Origin: Alphaproteobacteria bacterium
Lineage (GTDB): Bacteria; Pseudomonadota; Alphaproteobacteria; SP197
Direction of reading: 5' to 3'
Length of the DNA stretch: 64,000 bases
Assembly: GCA_964291265.2 (NCBI GenBank)
Contig: OZ219747.1
Location: forward strand, 2,752,001-2,816,000
The notes beneath the pieces are model-generated. The model was not told the origin of the DNA and did no database searches. It was given only the letters and a program-made list of their open reading frames with translations. Position numbers and translations under genes: made by a program. Shown one piece after another: positions 8,804 through 19,339 of the stretch (its first letter is position 1; each line of letters starts with the position of its first letter).

Positions 8804-11131
8804 GTGTCCGCATTCAAGCACATCCTGTTCAGCACAGTCCTCCTGGCACTGCTCCCCGCCTGTGGGGGTGGCGGCGGCGGTGGTGGCGGTGGCGGTGGTG
8901 GAGGTGGCGGGACCATCGATTTGGCGCCAACCGACCCGGAGTATCACCTCGGCACAGCGCGTTTCACGACTAGTCAGCCCGACGTTCTGGAACAGATCGG
9001 GGTGCACCATGCCTACGCGCTGGGCCTCACCGGGCGGGGCGTGCGCATCGGCATCGAAGACAGCATCGTTGATTACACGCAGCGCGGAGAATTCGGGAAC
9101 CGGGTCGCGTTGCGCCATGCCGACGGAGCCGACCTGGCGTATCCGCACCCCTTGGCGGAGGAGATCGGAAGCGACGTGGACCGATGCACAAGAGCCGGCA
9201 CATGCACGAGATTCCGGGACAACAGCCGGGGCGACGACGAGGCGGTCAATCTCTGGGTACGCCGGATCGTGAGTCGGGACGGTTGGCCCACGAGAGACAA
9301 TTCCGTGTTTGTGGTCGACGACCATTTCAGTGCCAGCGATCTCATCGAGGCGTTCAGTCGATGGTCCGAGGTACCGACGCCCTATGGTGACGCGGCACAT
9401 GGGACAACCGTCGCCTCGATTGCGGCCGGGACCAATCTCGGCGTCGCGCCGGGCGCAACGATCATCCCGGTTGCGGTGGACTTTGCCGCCCGACAGCAAC
9501 GGGAGACCAGCTATGCAGACGCAGTCTTGCGATCCGTGATCGCCTCGCTCCCGGACCCGGACCGTCGTGAGGTCGACAACATGCTTGCCGATACCTACCG
9601 GCAGCAGCACGCGAAGTTCGATATCATCAATCGATCCTTCAGCATCGACCTGTTCGACCCCGCCGTCATCGCGGCAGAAATCGAATCCGAGCTTCGGTGG
9701 TATCGGCAATACCTGCCAAGGACGCTCGATGCCAGCTTGCAGATAGGTACGCCGAACAGCCGAAAGACGATCATCGTTTACTCCGCCGGCAACGATGGGC
9801 AACCCTGGTCCGGACTGGGAGCGGATCTTCCCTTCTATATCCCCGAACTGCGCGGACACTCCCTGGCGGTTGTGGCGACGGACCCCAGGACGGGCACCAT
9901 TGCAGACTACTCCAACCACTGCGGTCCGGTCCCGAACGACTGGAGCGCCGCGCGGCATGGACGGCACTATTGCCTTGCCGCTCCCGGCACGGTCCGGGGT
10001 TTGGTGCCCAATCCCAATCGTCCCGGTACGGGTGATGTGACAAGCGGTCTGAGAGGAACCAGCTATTCCGCGCCTCTGGTATCCGGTTCTCTCGCATTGC
10101 TGAAAGAGCACTTCCGGGGGACGCGCGGCAACACCCAGATCGTCAAGCGCATGATCGACACCGCCGATCGGAGCGGACGGTACGCCGACATCGAGATCTA
10201 TGGTGCAGGCCATCTCGATCTTGAGGCGGCGCTGTCCCCGGTCGGTGCGCTCAGCGTCGGACGCTCGGGAGATGCGCTGAGCCGCACATCGTTCCAGGCC
10301 CCGATGGCGTTCGGTTCGGTCGCCCGGCGCGTCGGCTCAATCGAACTGGCGGCCTTCGACGAGCAGGAATTTCCGTTCTGGGTTCCTCTATCCGCGCTGA
10401 TCTCGGACGGAGCGGCGGGGCGGTCTCCGATCCCTCGATTCGAGGATGCGAAGACGTCAGCCATGCCCGCGCCGGGCCTCGAGATTCTCGACCTTCACTG
10501 GACGGGGTTGGACGGTGACGGCAATGACCAGGCATTGAACAGTGGACGCTGGGTGATGGGATTCGGCCCGACATCGGCCAGTCTCGCGCACCGACCGTTC
10601 CATGGCGGTTGGGGCTATGGCTTGAGTTTTGACGACGCCGGGCACCTGGGAGCGGAGACCTCGGGCGCGTTCGGGACGGATCCGCGATCCGGCATGGTGT
10701 GGGTTTCGCGCACCTTTCAGCAGGGACTGCACGATGACTGGACACTGAAGGCCACCGGCACGGCGGCGCTCAGCCTCCCGCAATACGAGGAAGACGCGGT
10801 GTTCCGTGCGAGCCCTTCCATGATGTCCGCGATGATGTTGCGAGTGGGCAACGAGAGCACGGGGGTCGCGGTCGAACAGCCGTTGCGAGCGGAGTCGGGG
10901 ATGGGTCGATTCCGGGTCGAGAACGGCAGGATCGAGAATGGGAAGCGGTTGTACGACGAGTTTCGTGTTCCGCTGCGTCCCGACGGGCGGGAAGTGCGCA
11001 TGACGCTGCGCCATGACTTCGCCGCCCTTGGCGGGAAGATCGCGATGGAGGTGGGCGCCGCGGTGAACGCCGGCCACGTCCAGGGCAGGCGCGCGGCAAA
11101 CGTGGGACTCGCATACCGCGCGACCTGGTGA
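8804..11131 (+). CDS. S8 (subtilisin-like) serine peptidase, predicted lipoprotein with poly-Gly linker
   Basis: GTG 8804 after AGGAG; signal ...LLALLPAC then ~18 Gly; catalytic motifs GIEDS, HGTTVASIAAG, SAGN, GTSYSAP; beta-rich C-terminus ending in W. Confidence 0.85.
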   Translation: MSAFKHILFSTVLLALLPACGGGGGGGGGGGGGGGGTIDLAPTDPEYHLGTARFTTSQPDVLEQIGVHHAYALGLTGRGVRIGIEDSIVDYTQRGEFGNRVALRHADGADLAYPHPLAEEIGSDVDRCTRAGTCTRFRDNSRGDDEAVNLWVRRIVSRDGWPTRDNSVFVVDDHFSASDLIEAFSRWSEVPTPYGDAAHGTTVASIAAGTNLGVAPGATIIPVAVDFAARQQRETSYADAVLRSVIASLPDPDRREVDNMLADTYRQQHAKFDIINRSFSIDLFDPAVIAAEIESELRWYRQYLPRTLDASLQIGTPNSRKTIIVYSAGNDGQPWSGLGADLPFYIPELRGHSLAVVATDPRTGTIADYSNHCGPVPNDWSAARHGRHYCLAAPGTVRGLVPNPNRPGTGDVTSGLRGTSYSAPLVSGSLALLKEHFRGTRGNTQIVKRMIDTADRSGRYADIEIYGAGHLDLEAALSPVGALSVGRSGDALSRTSFQAPMAFGSVARRVGSIELAAFDEQEFPFWVPLSALISDGAAGRSPIPRFEDAKTSAMPAPGLEILDLHWTGLDGDGNDQALNSGRWVMGFGPTSASLAHRPFHGGWGYGLSFDDAGHLGAETSGAFGTDPRSGMVWVSRTFQQGLHDDWTLKATGTAALSLPQYEEDAVFRASPSMMSAMMLRVGNESTGVAVEQPLRAESGMGRFRVENGRIENGKRLYDEFRVPLRPDGREVRMTLRHDFAALGGKIAMEVGAAVNAGHVQGRRAANVGLAYRATW

Positions 11132-11135
11132 TCCG

Positions 11136-11561
11136 ATGGCGAGGCTTCGCTGGCTGGCGTTCGGTTGCGTGGCCGTGCTGACGTCGGCCTGCGCCTTCGA
11201 AGCGGGATCGGAGCCGACACCTGCCGCATCGGAGTTGGGCCCTCCCGTGGCGCTGAAAGGCGCCGTCTACACCCCCGCCAGCATCGGCTCGCGGGGGTGT
11301 GTTCTCTACCGGGTGAGCATTCCGGGCGGCCGAGCACCCGCCGCCCTCATGTACCGAAGCATGGACGGAGAGTTCGCCTTTGGCCGTCCGGAATGCTGTG
11401 TCGCCGCCACCTTCGCGCAACATGACAGCGGTAAGGCCGGATTCTCGGTCGCGCGGCGGTTCGTGGTCAGCTCGCGTCCAATCCGGCAAGCGGAATCCGC
11501 CGCAACCCGCAACGCGGGTTCCTGTCCCGGGACGAGGCCCGTCACCTCCATGCCGAACTGA
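11136..11561 (+). CDS. Hypothetical protein, possible lipoprotein
   Basis: Starts 4 nt after the S8 stop; basic then hydrophobic N-terminus with lipobox-like LTSAC. Confidence 0.5.
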   Translation: MARLRWLAFGCVAVLTSACAFEAGSEPTPAASELGPPVALKGAVYTPASIGSRGCVLYRVSIPGGRAPAALMYRSMDGEFAFGRPECCVAATFAQHDSGKAGFSVARRFVVSSRPIRQAESAATRNAGSCPGTRPVTSMPN

Positions 11562-11649
11562 ACCGGATGATCACATCGCCGAACGCCCGAAGCGATCAGC
11601 CCGGGCCGGCATCATGCGCCTGCTCTTGCCATACGGGATGTCGTTGCAG

Positions 11650-11850
11650 GGAGATTCGCACTCTCAGGTGGTCGCGCCGACACGCTCGACAGCAAGGCCC
11701 ACCAGATCATCGCACGTTGAGCCCGGGACGGACAGCGATCATGTCTTTCCGTCGCACTCCGATCCGACCCTTACCCATATCCAGCGTCCAGCAGCTGTGG
11801 TTCACCCTCCGCGAACGGGTCGGTGTCGAGGATGTACGCTTGCATGACCC
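11650..11850 (+). pseudogene. Tyrosine recombinase (phage integrase) remnant
   Basis: HVFPS and LWFTLRERVGVEDVRLHD in different frames resemble the WxxxRxxxGLEDVRLHDLRH box; boundaries approximate. Confidence 0.45.
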
Positions 11851-12298
11851 AGGTCCTCCTCAACGGTGTATCGCTTGTTGACAGTGGCGAGACTCCGACG
11901 TTTCGATGACCCTGCGCCATGCCTGTTGTTGCCGAGAGGGATGTGTCGAAGCGGCGTCGGAACGGGTCGGGATCATGATATCGGGCGCGGTATCCTCAAG
12001 ACCTCACTCAGGGCCGGTCCAACCCGGTTTCGTTCGATCACCGGTGCGCAGCCCGGCCCTCACCGACTGGAAGGTGCATTCCCATTCCCGACCTCGGCGC
12101 CGGGCACAGGAGGACCGCGCTTAACCCTGCCGAGCGCGTGATCAGGCAGGGCGATCGGGTGAGGACATTCTCATTCTGCCATCAGGCTGATCGCTAAGCC
12201 GGGCAGATGCGCGCTTCGCTCTCCTGCCAGCGCAGTGCGCCGCACAGCATGAGGCTGTCTTCGGGAACCGGACCCGGCCGGTGTGCGCCCTCGAGGCC

Positions 12299-12584
12299 CT
12301 GTGCCTGCCGACCCTGCCCGTCGCTGCCCCGGCATTCGGGGAAACGGATCCGGCCGTTGGCGCAAGACGGATCTCCGCGCAGGACGCCATGACGGTGATG
12401 CCGTGGATCGCCAATTTGACCGGCCTGCCGGCAGTCTCCGTCCCCTCGGGACGCAATGCGCTGACCCTCATGGGGTAGACCCATTCGGGCAAGAGGCCAT
12501 TCGACATGGCCGGAACGTTCCAGTCCGTTACGGACTGGCATACCCTCAAGCCCGGCATGATGGCATGGTTTCCGGCGCTGCTGC
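12299..12584 (+). repeat. Degenerate direct repeat of the amidase 3' end (8196-8499)
   Basis: Long near-identical stretches (CTGTGCCTGCCGACCCTGCCCG... to ...TGGCATACCCTCAAGCCCGGCATG), with small deletions in this copy. Confidence 0.9.
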
Positions 12585-12607
12585 GCAGGATGCGGATGGC
12601 GTGAGCG

Positions 12608-13816
12608 ATGGACGAGAGACTTCTTGACGTGATGACCCGTGCGGAGCGGGAGAGGGTGATGGCGCCTGTCGACGAAGCCCTGACACTCCCGGCACAGGCC
12701 TTCACGGACGACGCCTGGCATGCGCTCGAGGTGGAGCGCATCTTTGCGCGGAACTGGACTGCCGTCATGTTCGCCGCGGAGCTTCCGGACGCCGGCGATG
12801 CCCGGCCGTTCGATCTCCTCGATCAGCCGCTGCTGGCCGTCAGGGGAAGCGGTGGGACGTTGCGCGTCTTTCACAACATCGTTCCCTATGACGGCTGTCT
12901 GGCGCTGCTGCGTCCGGCAAGCGGGCTGGATTGCATCGACACGCCCTACCATGGCCTTCGCTATGACCTCGACGGACGCCTCGTGGGCGCTCCCTACTGG
13001 GACGGCAATCCCGAGGCCGGGCCGGAGGCCCTGGACGGACGGCCATGCGATCTCGTCGAGGTTGCGAGTGCCGAGCGGTTTGGCACGCTCTTCGTCAATC
13101 CCGATGGTGCAGCAGGCGATGTCGATGGATGGTTGATGCCCTGGCGCCGCCTCGTGGGCGCCGACTTTGCCATCGACCGTCTGGTTCCCGCCCGGGACAG
13201 CGGCGGTCAACCGCTTATCGAACGGAGAATCGTCAACACCAACTGGAAGACCTACCAGGAAAACGCGTCCATCAACCTCCTTCACGAGGCCTTCACGCAC
13301 CACATCTATCGCACGTCACAAGAGGTTCCGCGGGTCGGAGCGTCACGAGAGCCCCGTTTTGAATTCACCATGGAGGGACCACTCCTCGCGTTCGCCCATT
13401 CCCGCGATCAGTCCGGCGCCACATATGACGAGGTCCACCTTCCCTCGGCCGGTCATGACATCGGCACTGTGCCGGAAAGGGGTTACTTCACGACGCTCTA
13501 TCCCAACGTCAACATTCCCCTGCTCGACACGTTCGCCAAGGTCAACATCGCCCTTCCGCGGGGACCGGGTGTCACGGAACTGAGGCACCTGCGGTTCTAT
13601 GCGCCCGAGGCGCTCGAGGATCCCGCCTTCCAGGATCAGGAACGGCAGGTGCAGCAACTGTTCGACATCATACACGCGGAAGACAGGATCATGATCGAGG
13701 CCGTACAGGCTGCCCGCAGCAGCCCTGTGTGCCGCCAGCACTATTACTCACCTTTCTGGGACAGGCTCCACCATCGTTTCAACCAGCTTGTCATGGCGGA
13801 CATGGAGCGTGCCTGA
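12608..13816 (+). CDS. Ring-hydroxylating (Rieske-type) oxygenase alpha-subunit homolog with degenerate Rieske motif
   Basis: TLPAQAF, EVERIFARNW, FHN...PYHG.RYDLDG, NWKTYQEN...H....H, LYPN, EDRIMIEAVQ. Confidence 0.8.
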   Translation: MDERLLDVMTRAERERVMAPVDEALTLPAQAFTDDAWHALEVERIFARNWTAVMFAAELPDAGDARPFDLLDQPLLAVRGSGGTLRVFHNIVPYDGCLALLRPASGLDCIDTPYHGLRYDLDGRLVGAPYWDGNPEAGPEALDGRPCDLVEVASAERFGTLFVNPDGAAGDVDGWLMPWRRLVGADFAIDRLVPARDSGGQPLIERRIVNTNWKTYQENASINLLHEAFTHHIYRTSQEVPRVGASREPRFEFTMEGPLLAFAHSRDQSGATYDEVHLPSAGHDIGTVPERGYFTTLYPNVNIPLLDTFAKVNIALPRGPGVTELRHLRFYAPEALEDPAFQDQERQVQQLFDIIHAEDRIMIEAVQAARSSPVCRQHYYSPFWDRLHHRFNQLVMADMERA

Positions 13817-13854
13817 TGGGCACCCGGCATGGTGACTTCCATGGAGCGGAGTCT

Positions 13855-15954
13855 TCAGGAGAGTCGGCGAAGCCGGCTTCCATCGGGGTCGGCCACCAGG
13901 AGGTGCGGGCTTGCGGACCCGATCCGCACCTCACGGGCACACGGCTGTGGTGTGACGGAGCCGCCGACCAGATCGATCGAGATGACAGGGTGACCGGACC
14001 AGGGCACGGCAAGGTTTCGAGACTGGTTCTCCGGCACCGCCAGCACCAGTGGGTTGCCGGCTTCCTTCATCTCCAGGCATCGCCCGCCCGCCAGATCCCT
14101 GGCGGCGCAGGGTGAAATCCCGTCGTCGACGATGTCGAGAGCGGCATGCATGTGGCGCACCACGTGGTAGCCGGGCCGCGGGTTGCAGAGACGGTCGAGA
14201 ACGCCCGATCGGGGGAAATAACCCCGATCGATGTCGACCAGGGTGTCGGCGAACACGGTGACATCGGCAAAGGACACCGCGGCCGCCATCGCCTCGGCAA
14301 TCCGTCTGGCGGTGAGGGCGTCGTCCATGACCGGGCTTGCCGGATTTGTTCCGGCCATGCGCATGTGGACATGGGCCTTGAGGCCAAGGCCGGTGGCCAC
14401 GGCACTGGCCGCTGCCACCGTTTCCCAGACCGGCATGTCAAGGGTGAGTCGGAAGACCACGCCGGCCAGCACGCCATCGAGTTCGGGCCGCCTTGCGATC
14501 GTGGCGATCTCTTCCGTGTCGCGGACAAGGAACCCCTGGTTGATCGAGTGGTAGTACTTGCCCGCTTCGGCGCGTTGTTCGTCGATCGAGCGCAGGCGTG
14601 ACAGGACGAGGGGAACACCAGCCCGGGAGGCGGCAGAGGCGATGGCGCCGATGTCACGATCGATGACATCGGGATTGATGGCAACGTCCCAGGTTCGGAA
14701 GAGGTCGCGATGGGCCATGAGGCGCTCTGCCAGGTCGCGTGTGGGAGGGCCGAATGACATGAGCGTGAAGAGGTGTCCGTGTTCCGCCAGCACGCTCATG
14801 CGCGCCACGTTCGCCCCGTTCACGAGATCGCGCATGGGCACCCTCAGCGGTCGTACCGCCATGTCCCAGAGGGCGAGCAGCGGGTAGTCGTTGCGCACGG
14901 TCTTTCGGTCGAACTCGTCGAGACCACCGGTGGGAGGAATCTCGACGATTTCCATCCAGTTGTGGCGCATGTCGAACCCGAATCCGGTCCGTCCGTTGCA
15001 GCGCGGATGGATGGCGGCGAGGCGATGGCCCGGCCGTGTGTCCGCCGGCGGACCGGCGTCGAGGGTGTTTCCCCACGTGCGCACGATCTCGACCATGTGC
15101 CCGTCCTCGTGGACATGGCAGACCGCGTAGCCGAGCTTGGGTCGATCGTTGCGTCCGAATTCGGTTTCGGCGCCGGGCGCGGCCCTCAGCATCTCGGCGT
15201 AGTCGAAGCGCACGAAGGCGGTCGATGGCAGGATGTAGCAGTCGGTCGTGTCGAGCCGGAGATACCAGAAATTGTGAACATGTCCGGCAATCAGGGCTTC
15301 GATCCGGTGCTGCCTGGCGAGGTCGAGGAGCCATGAGCGACCGGGTTCGCCGATGTTGTCGTAGGTCTCCTCCTCGTCCGCGTCCAGGAGACAGGGTGGA
15401 TAATGGCTGAACAGGAAGACGCGGCGGCCGTGGTGGTTGCGGAGATCGGCCTCCAGCCAAGCGCGCTGGCGTTCCTCGGCTTCCAGGTGCGAGTTGATGA
15501 CCTGGGCGTTGATGATGACGAAATGGCACTCCTGATGATCAAACGACGTGAACTGGTCGCCGAAATGGCGTTGCCAAAGGGCGAGATGATTCTCGTTGAT
15601 CCGGGCAGCAGGGGCCCAGTCGTTGGGCTTGTCACCGACATCGTGGTTGCCGGGCGTGAGCCAGGCAGGATGGCGGAGGGTATCGAACACCTCGAAGAAG
15701 CGCCGGGCCGCATCGGCGTAGAGTCCCGGGATCGCCGGTACAGGATGGACGATGTCGCCGACGTGAACGACAAAGGCAAGATCGCGCGCGTTGAGGTCCC
15801 GGATGACATGGCGCATGCGCCGGTTGGCAAGGCGTCCCGATTCGAACGGCGAATTCGTCTCGTCCTCACCCTGGTTGACGTGGGTGTCGGTGATGATGCC
15901 GAAACTGAAGAGGCGCCTGCCAGGGGCAGTGGATCGATTCAGGGACCTGGTCAC
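13855..15954 (-). CDS. Calcineurin-like metallophosphoesterase with C-terminal extension
   Basis: ITDTH, GDIVH, GNHD, HYPP, GHVH motifs; GTG 15954 preceded by GGAG. Confidence 0.85.
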   Translation of the reverse strand: MTRSLNRSTAPGRRLFSFGIITDTHVNQGEDETNSPFESGRLANRRMRHVIRDLNARDLAFVVHVGDIVHPVPAIPGLYADAARRFFEVFDTLRHPAWLTPGNHDVGDKPNDWAPAARINENHLALWQRHFGDQFTSFDHQECHFVIINAQVINSHLEAEERQRAWLEADLRNHHGRRVFLFSHYPPCLLDADEEETYDNIGEPGRSWLLDLARQHRIEALIAGHVHNFWYLRLDTTDCYILPSTAFVRFDYAEMLRAAPGAETEFGRNDRPKLGYAVCHVHEDGHMVEIVRTWGNTLDAGPPADTRPGHRLAAIHPRCNGRTGFGFDMRHNWMEIVEIPPTGGLDEFDRKTVRNDYPLLALWDMAVRPLRVPMRDLVNGANVARMSVLAEHGHLFTLMSFGPPTRDLAERLMAHRDLFRTWDVAINPDVIDRDIGAIASAASRAGVPLVLSRLRSIDEQRAEAGKYYHSINQGFLVRDTEEIATIARRPELDGVLAGVVFRLTLDMPVWETVAAASAVATGLGLKAHVHMRMAGTNPASPVMDDALTARRIAEAMAAAVSFADVTVFADTLVDIDRGYFPRSGVLDRLCNPRPGYHVVRHMHAALDIVDDGISPCAARDLAGGRCLEMKEAGNPLVLAVPENQSRNLAVPWSGHPVISIDLVGGSVTPQPCAREVRIGSASPHLLVADPDGSRLRRLS

Positions 15955-17119
15955 GACAGTGCTCCAGTGACGTTGGTGGAGTGGTCCGGCAGTCTGGGTT
16001 GCTTTTTGACCGCCGGTCAATCGGCCAGAACGCGAGCACGGAACAACGGCGTCCGGAAGGGAGGATCCCATGCCAGGCTCATGCGTGAACTTGCCCTGAG
16101 GGTGGGCTGTAAGGTCCTGCGTGATCCGGACCTCGCAGAGCACACCATCGAAACGCCGCTTGCCAAGACGAAGGCGCCGTTTCTCGAGGCTGGAGAGTCC
16201 ATCCTGGTCTCGATCCTGTGTGTCGGAAACGGATTGCTGGACGGCAGGCTCCGACTGGCGCCGTCAGCCCCGTCGGATACGGCGGGCCGGTGCGGGACCC
16301 CGTCACGCTTCAGGCACGTGGATGCCGCCAGGTACACCGGCGCCACCCGGAACCTCCGGCCGAAGAAGCGCACCGAGGGCGGAGTCGTCCGGCTCCTGCA
16401 CTCAGCACAGCAGAAGCTGAAGCGGCGGATGTCGCCGCGAAGAGCAGGCGCAAGCGCGTGCGGCTTGCGCGGATACCGCGCGCTGTGAAGACGACCGCCG
16501 CAATGCGGGCATCCCTCCAGGCGGCAGCGGTTGGCCTCGGCCGCATCAATCCTCTCAAGGAGAGGCCAGACATGGGCGCCAGGACTTTCCTACGCTACGG
16601 CTGATTTTTCGGGAAGCCGATGAATCGCGCCCGAATCGGCCATCTGATCTTTCGCGAGGCCGACGAATCGAGGCCGAATCGGGATGTCCTGGACGGATTC
16701 CGTGGCTTCAGTGCCGTCCGCATGGCGACACCGGCAGCGTTTTCGGCCCGGATGCTTGGTTCTTGATGTTCTAGCAGCGTTCCGGGGTCCCCGGACGCTC
16801 AAGGCGTCTCAGGGCCGGGTCAGGGCGTTGATGGCCTCGCGACGGTCCAGTTGTAGGCGGCGAGGCTTTCGGCCTCGCGGCGGTTGGCGAAGATCACCGC
16901 GAGCGCGATGTTGTTGAGGCTGGCCCGGTTCGCCGGGCCGTTGTCGGTGCGGGTCAGGCAGGCGTCTTCGCCGAAGACGCAATCCCTTTGTCGATGGTTC
17001 AGATTTTCCACGGCCCAGTGGCGGCGGTTCAGTCGCAGCAACTCTTCCGGCGACGTGGCCCCCGTATCGAGAGAGGTGATGATGTAATCGGTTTCCGTGT
17101 AATCCTTCTCTTCTTGCTT

Positions 17120-17335
17120 CCCGGCATCGCCGGAGCCTTTCTTCCCGGCATCGCCGGGGCCTTTCTTCCCGGCATCGCCGGAGCCTTTCTTCCCGGCATC
17201 GCCGGGGCCTTCCTTCCCGGCATCGCCGGGGCCTTCCTTCCCGGCATCGCCGGGGCCTTCCTTCCCGGCATCGCCGGAGCCTTCCTTCCCGGCATCGCCG
17301 GAGCCTTCCTTCCCGGCATCGCCGGAGCCTTTCTT
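17120..17335. repeat. 24-bp coding VNTR, 9 units (K[KE]G[SP]GDAG)
   Basis: Unit CCCGGCATCGCCGGRGCCTTYCTT in tandem. Confidence 0.95.
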
Positions 17336-17936
17336 CCACGGCTCCCGATAGCGGGTGATGCGGGCGACCTGACGGACGCCCGGATAGTTGATCAGACCGT
17401 CCAACGGGACGAGGACGCTGATCGAACGCTGCTCCAGTCGACCGTGCGCCTTGTCGAACGGCTCCGTGAAGTGGCCGGTAGCGTCTTTTTGCCAATTGAT
17501 GCTGTCGAGGATGGCGAAGGTCTCCGGAGCGTTGCCCTTGACGACGAAGACGTAATCCGCGCGTTGTGTGATCAGCTTTGCGGTATGGCGTGTCGTGTGC
17601 AGCGCGTCGAGGGTGATCACCTTGCCGCCGATGTCGCTGCGCTCCAGGAGATCGTGCATGGCCGCCAGTTCGCCGCCTTCGTCGTTGAAGTTCAGGAGGG
17701 AAAAGGGCGCGCCGGTCTCATGGTCGACAAGGGCCACGGTCTCTCAGACGGCCATCGCCGTTGCGGTTGGCGCCGCGGATGCGCTTGCCGTCGGCGGCGA
17801 GTGCACGGGCGAGGTGAAGCCGAGGCCGGGACCAGCGGGTGAGCACATCCTCCAGAGCCTCGGGGTCGATCGACTGGATAACCCGGTGGATGGTGGACTT
17901 GGAGACGGGCTCGCGAAGCCCCGTCTTCGGGTTAAG

Positions 17937-18322
17937 CCGAAGTTCCGGACGATTTTAGCAATACAACCACACCAACTAGTTGATCTTACTGATAAAATCG
18001 CACAGAGACAACATGCAAGAGTTCCCATGTAACGGTGAAACACCATGTTGACACAGGCAGCTGTTGCCCCCATGTACGTTGCCATGTACGTGGACATCGT
18101 CCCCAACCGCATGAGCCCCCCGCCACCAGTCTCTCCTCCTGGCCCATGGAGAACGTCGAAACCCTGCGGCCCTTCCAGGTCACCACGCGGCCCACGACGC
18201 TCCATAAAAAAGCCCTGAACCACCTCGGCGTGCGCCTCTAGCGTTCCCAGTAGCGACACACGCGATTCTCTCAATCGTCAATACATTCATAACGATACCT
18301 CTGAACGGTGCTGGAACTTCGG
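17937..18322 (+). mobile_element. 386-bp IS1634-derived MITE (copy 2)
   Basis: TIRs CCGAAGTTCC/GGAACTTCGG; TSD GTTAAG (17931-17936, 18323-18328); empty site visible in ISAs1 copy 2 near 48706. Confidence 0.92.
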
Positions 18323-19339
18323 GTTAAGCCACGCGCCGATGGCCTCCAACTCCTCCTGGGACAGGGACCGCGCGAACTGCGCGGCGGCGACACAGCCCTT
18401 CATGTTGGCGAACTCGGCGAGCACGTGCACGGTGAGCACCGATGCCGCGGTATGCTTCCTTCCCTGCGCCCGGCGGAAGTCGGGAATGGCCGCGAGCTCG
18501 GCGTAGAGCGAGCGCAGCACCTTGGGGTCCCGGGGCGCCAGTTCGGGGCATGAGGGCGGCGCCACGTCGGGGGGAAGCGGCAGCGGGCTCGACAGCAGCG
18601 CCCGGGCATCGCGCCTCAGTGCCGTAACGTAGATATCCTTGGGCTTGCCGTGAGGATCGGTGTAACGCCCGTTGGAGCGGGCAAACCCCTTGGTCTCACC
18701 CAGACACGTCCAGCCCGCAGCCTTCAACATCGTGCCGGCAAAGATCTCCGGATCGCAGAACGTCTCCGCCAGCAGCACCCCGTGGCCGTGCACCTGCAGC
18801 CAATCGTCACAGAGCCGGCGCGTCATGCACGCAAGGAAACAGGAAGCAAGGTTCGCAAACACCCCGGGCTTGGAGAGGATCAAGAACCGCGTGTTGTTGG
18901 CTACCATCGAGAGCCGCTGGAACTGCTGCTCCGGCTTCCAGCCGGTCCACTGGTCGCGGGGAGCGCACTTGAAGGCGCCGTTCTGCCACGCCGCCAGCCC
19001 CAGCCAATGGCCCCTGAAGGTCGCAAGGTAGCGCAGACCGCGACCCGCCAGGCGACGGAAGCCGAGATAGTGGTGCTTGTTCATCAGCGCGTCCCACAGC
19101 GGACGCTCCTCCGGCCTCGCCAGGCGAACATCGACCTCAGACAGGGAAAAACCCTCAGGTGCTTCCTGATGGATCGGGACAGCTTCCATGAGCTTGCGAA
19201 TCGACATGACCGGACCGTCGCACATCCCAAGCGGGATGGCCAGCGGAAAATGTCCGCGCGCGTGCAACATACGAACGCCTGACGTCAAGTGAAATCAAGC
19301 GAATTCCAGCGTGGGAAGGCCTTGCATGGGCGCAGGAAA

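Larger units (their letters stand above)
16809..19207 (-). pseudogene. DUF4338-ISAs1 transposase, disrupted
   Basis: MITE insertion at 17937, frameshift near 17745 and a 13-bp deletion near 16862 relative to copy 2. Confidence 0.85.
16580..19324 (-). mobile_element. ISAs1-like element copy 1 (DUF4338-fused transposase), interrupted by MITE
   Basis: Ends CAGGACTTTCCTACGCT / AGCGTGGGAAGGCCTTG; 9-bp TSD CATGGGCGC (16571-16579, 19325-19333); near-identical to 44823-49707. Confidence 0.9.

Noticed and set aside
17120-17335. CRISPR array
   Set aside because: Units are contiguous with no unique spacers, lie in frame within a transposase, and no cas genes are present.
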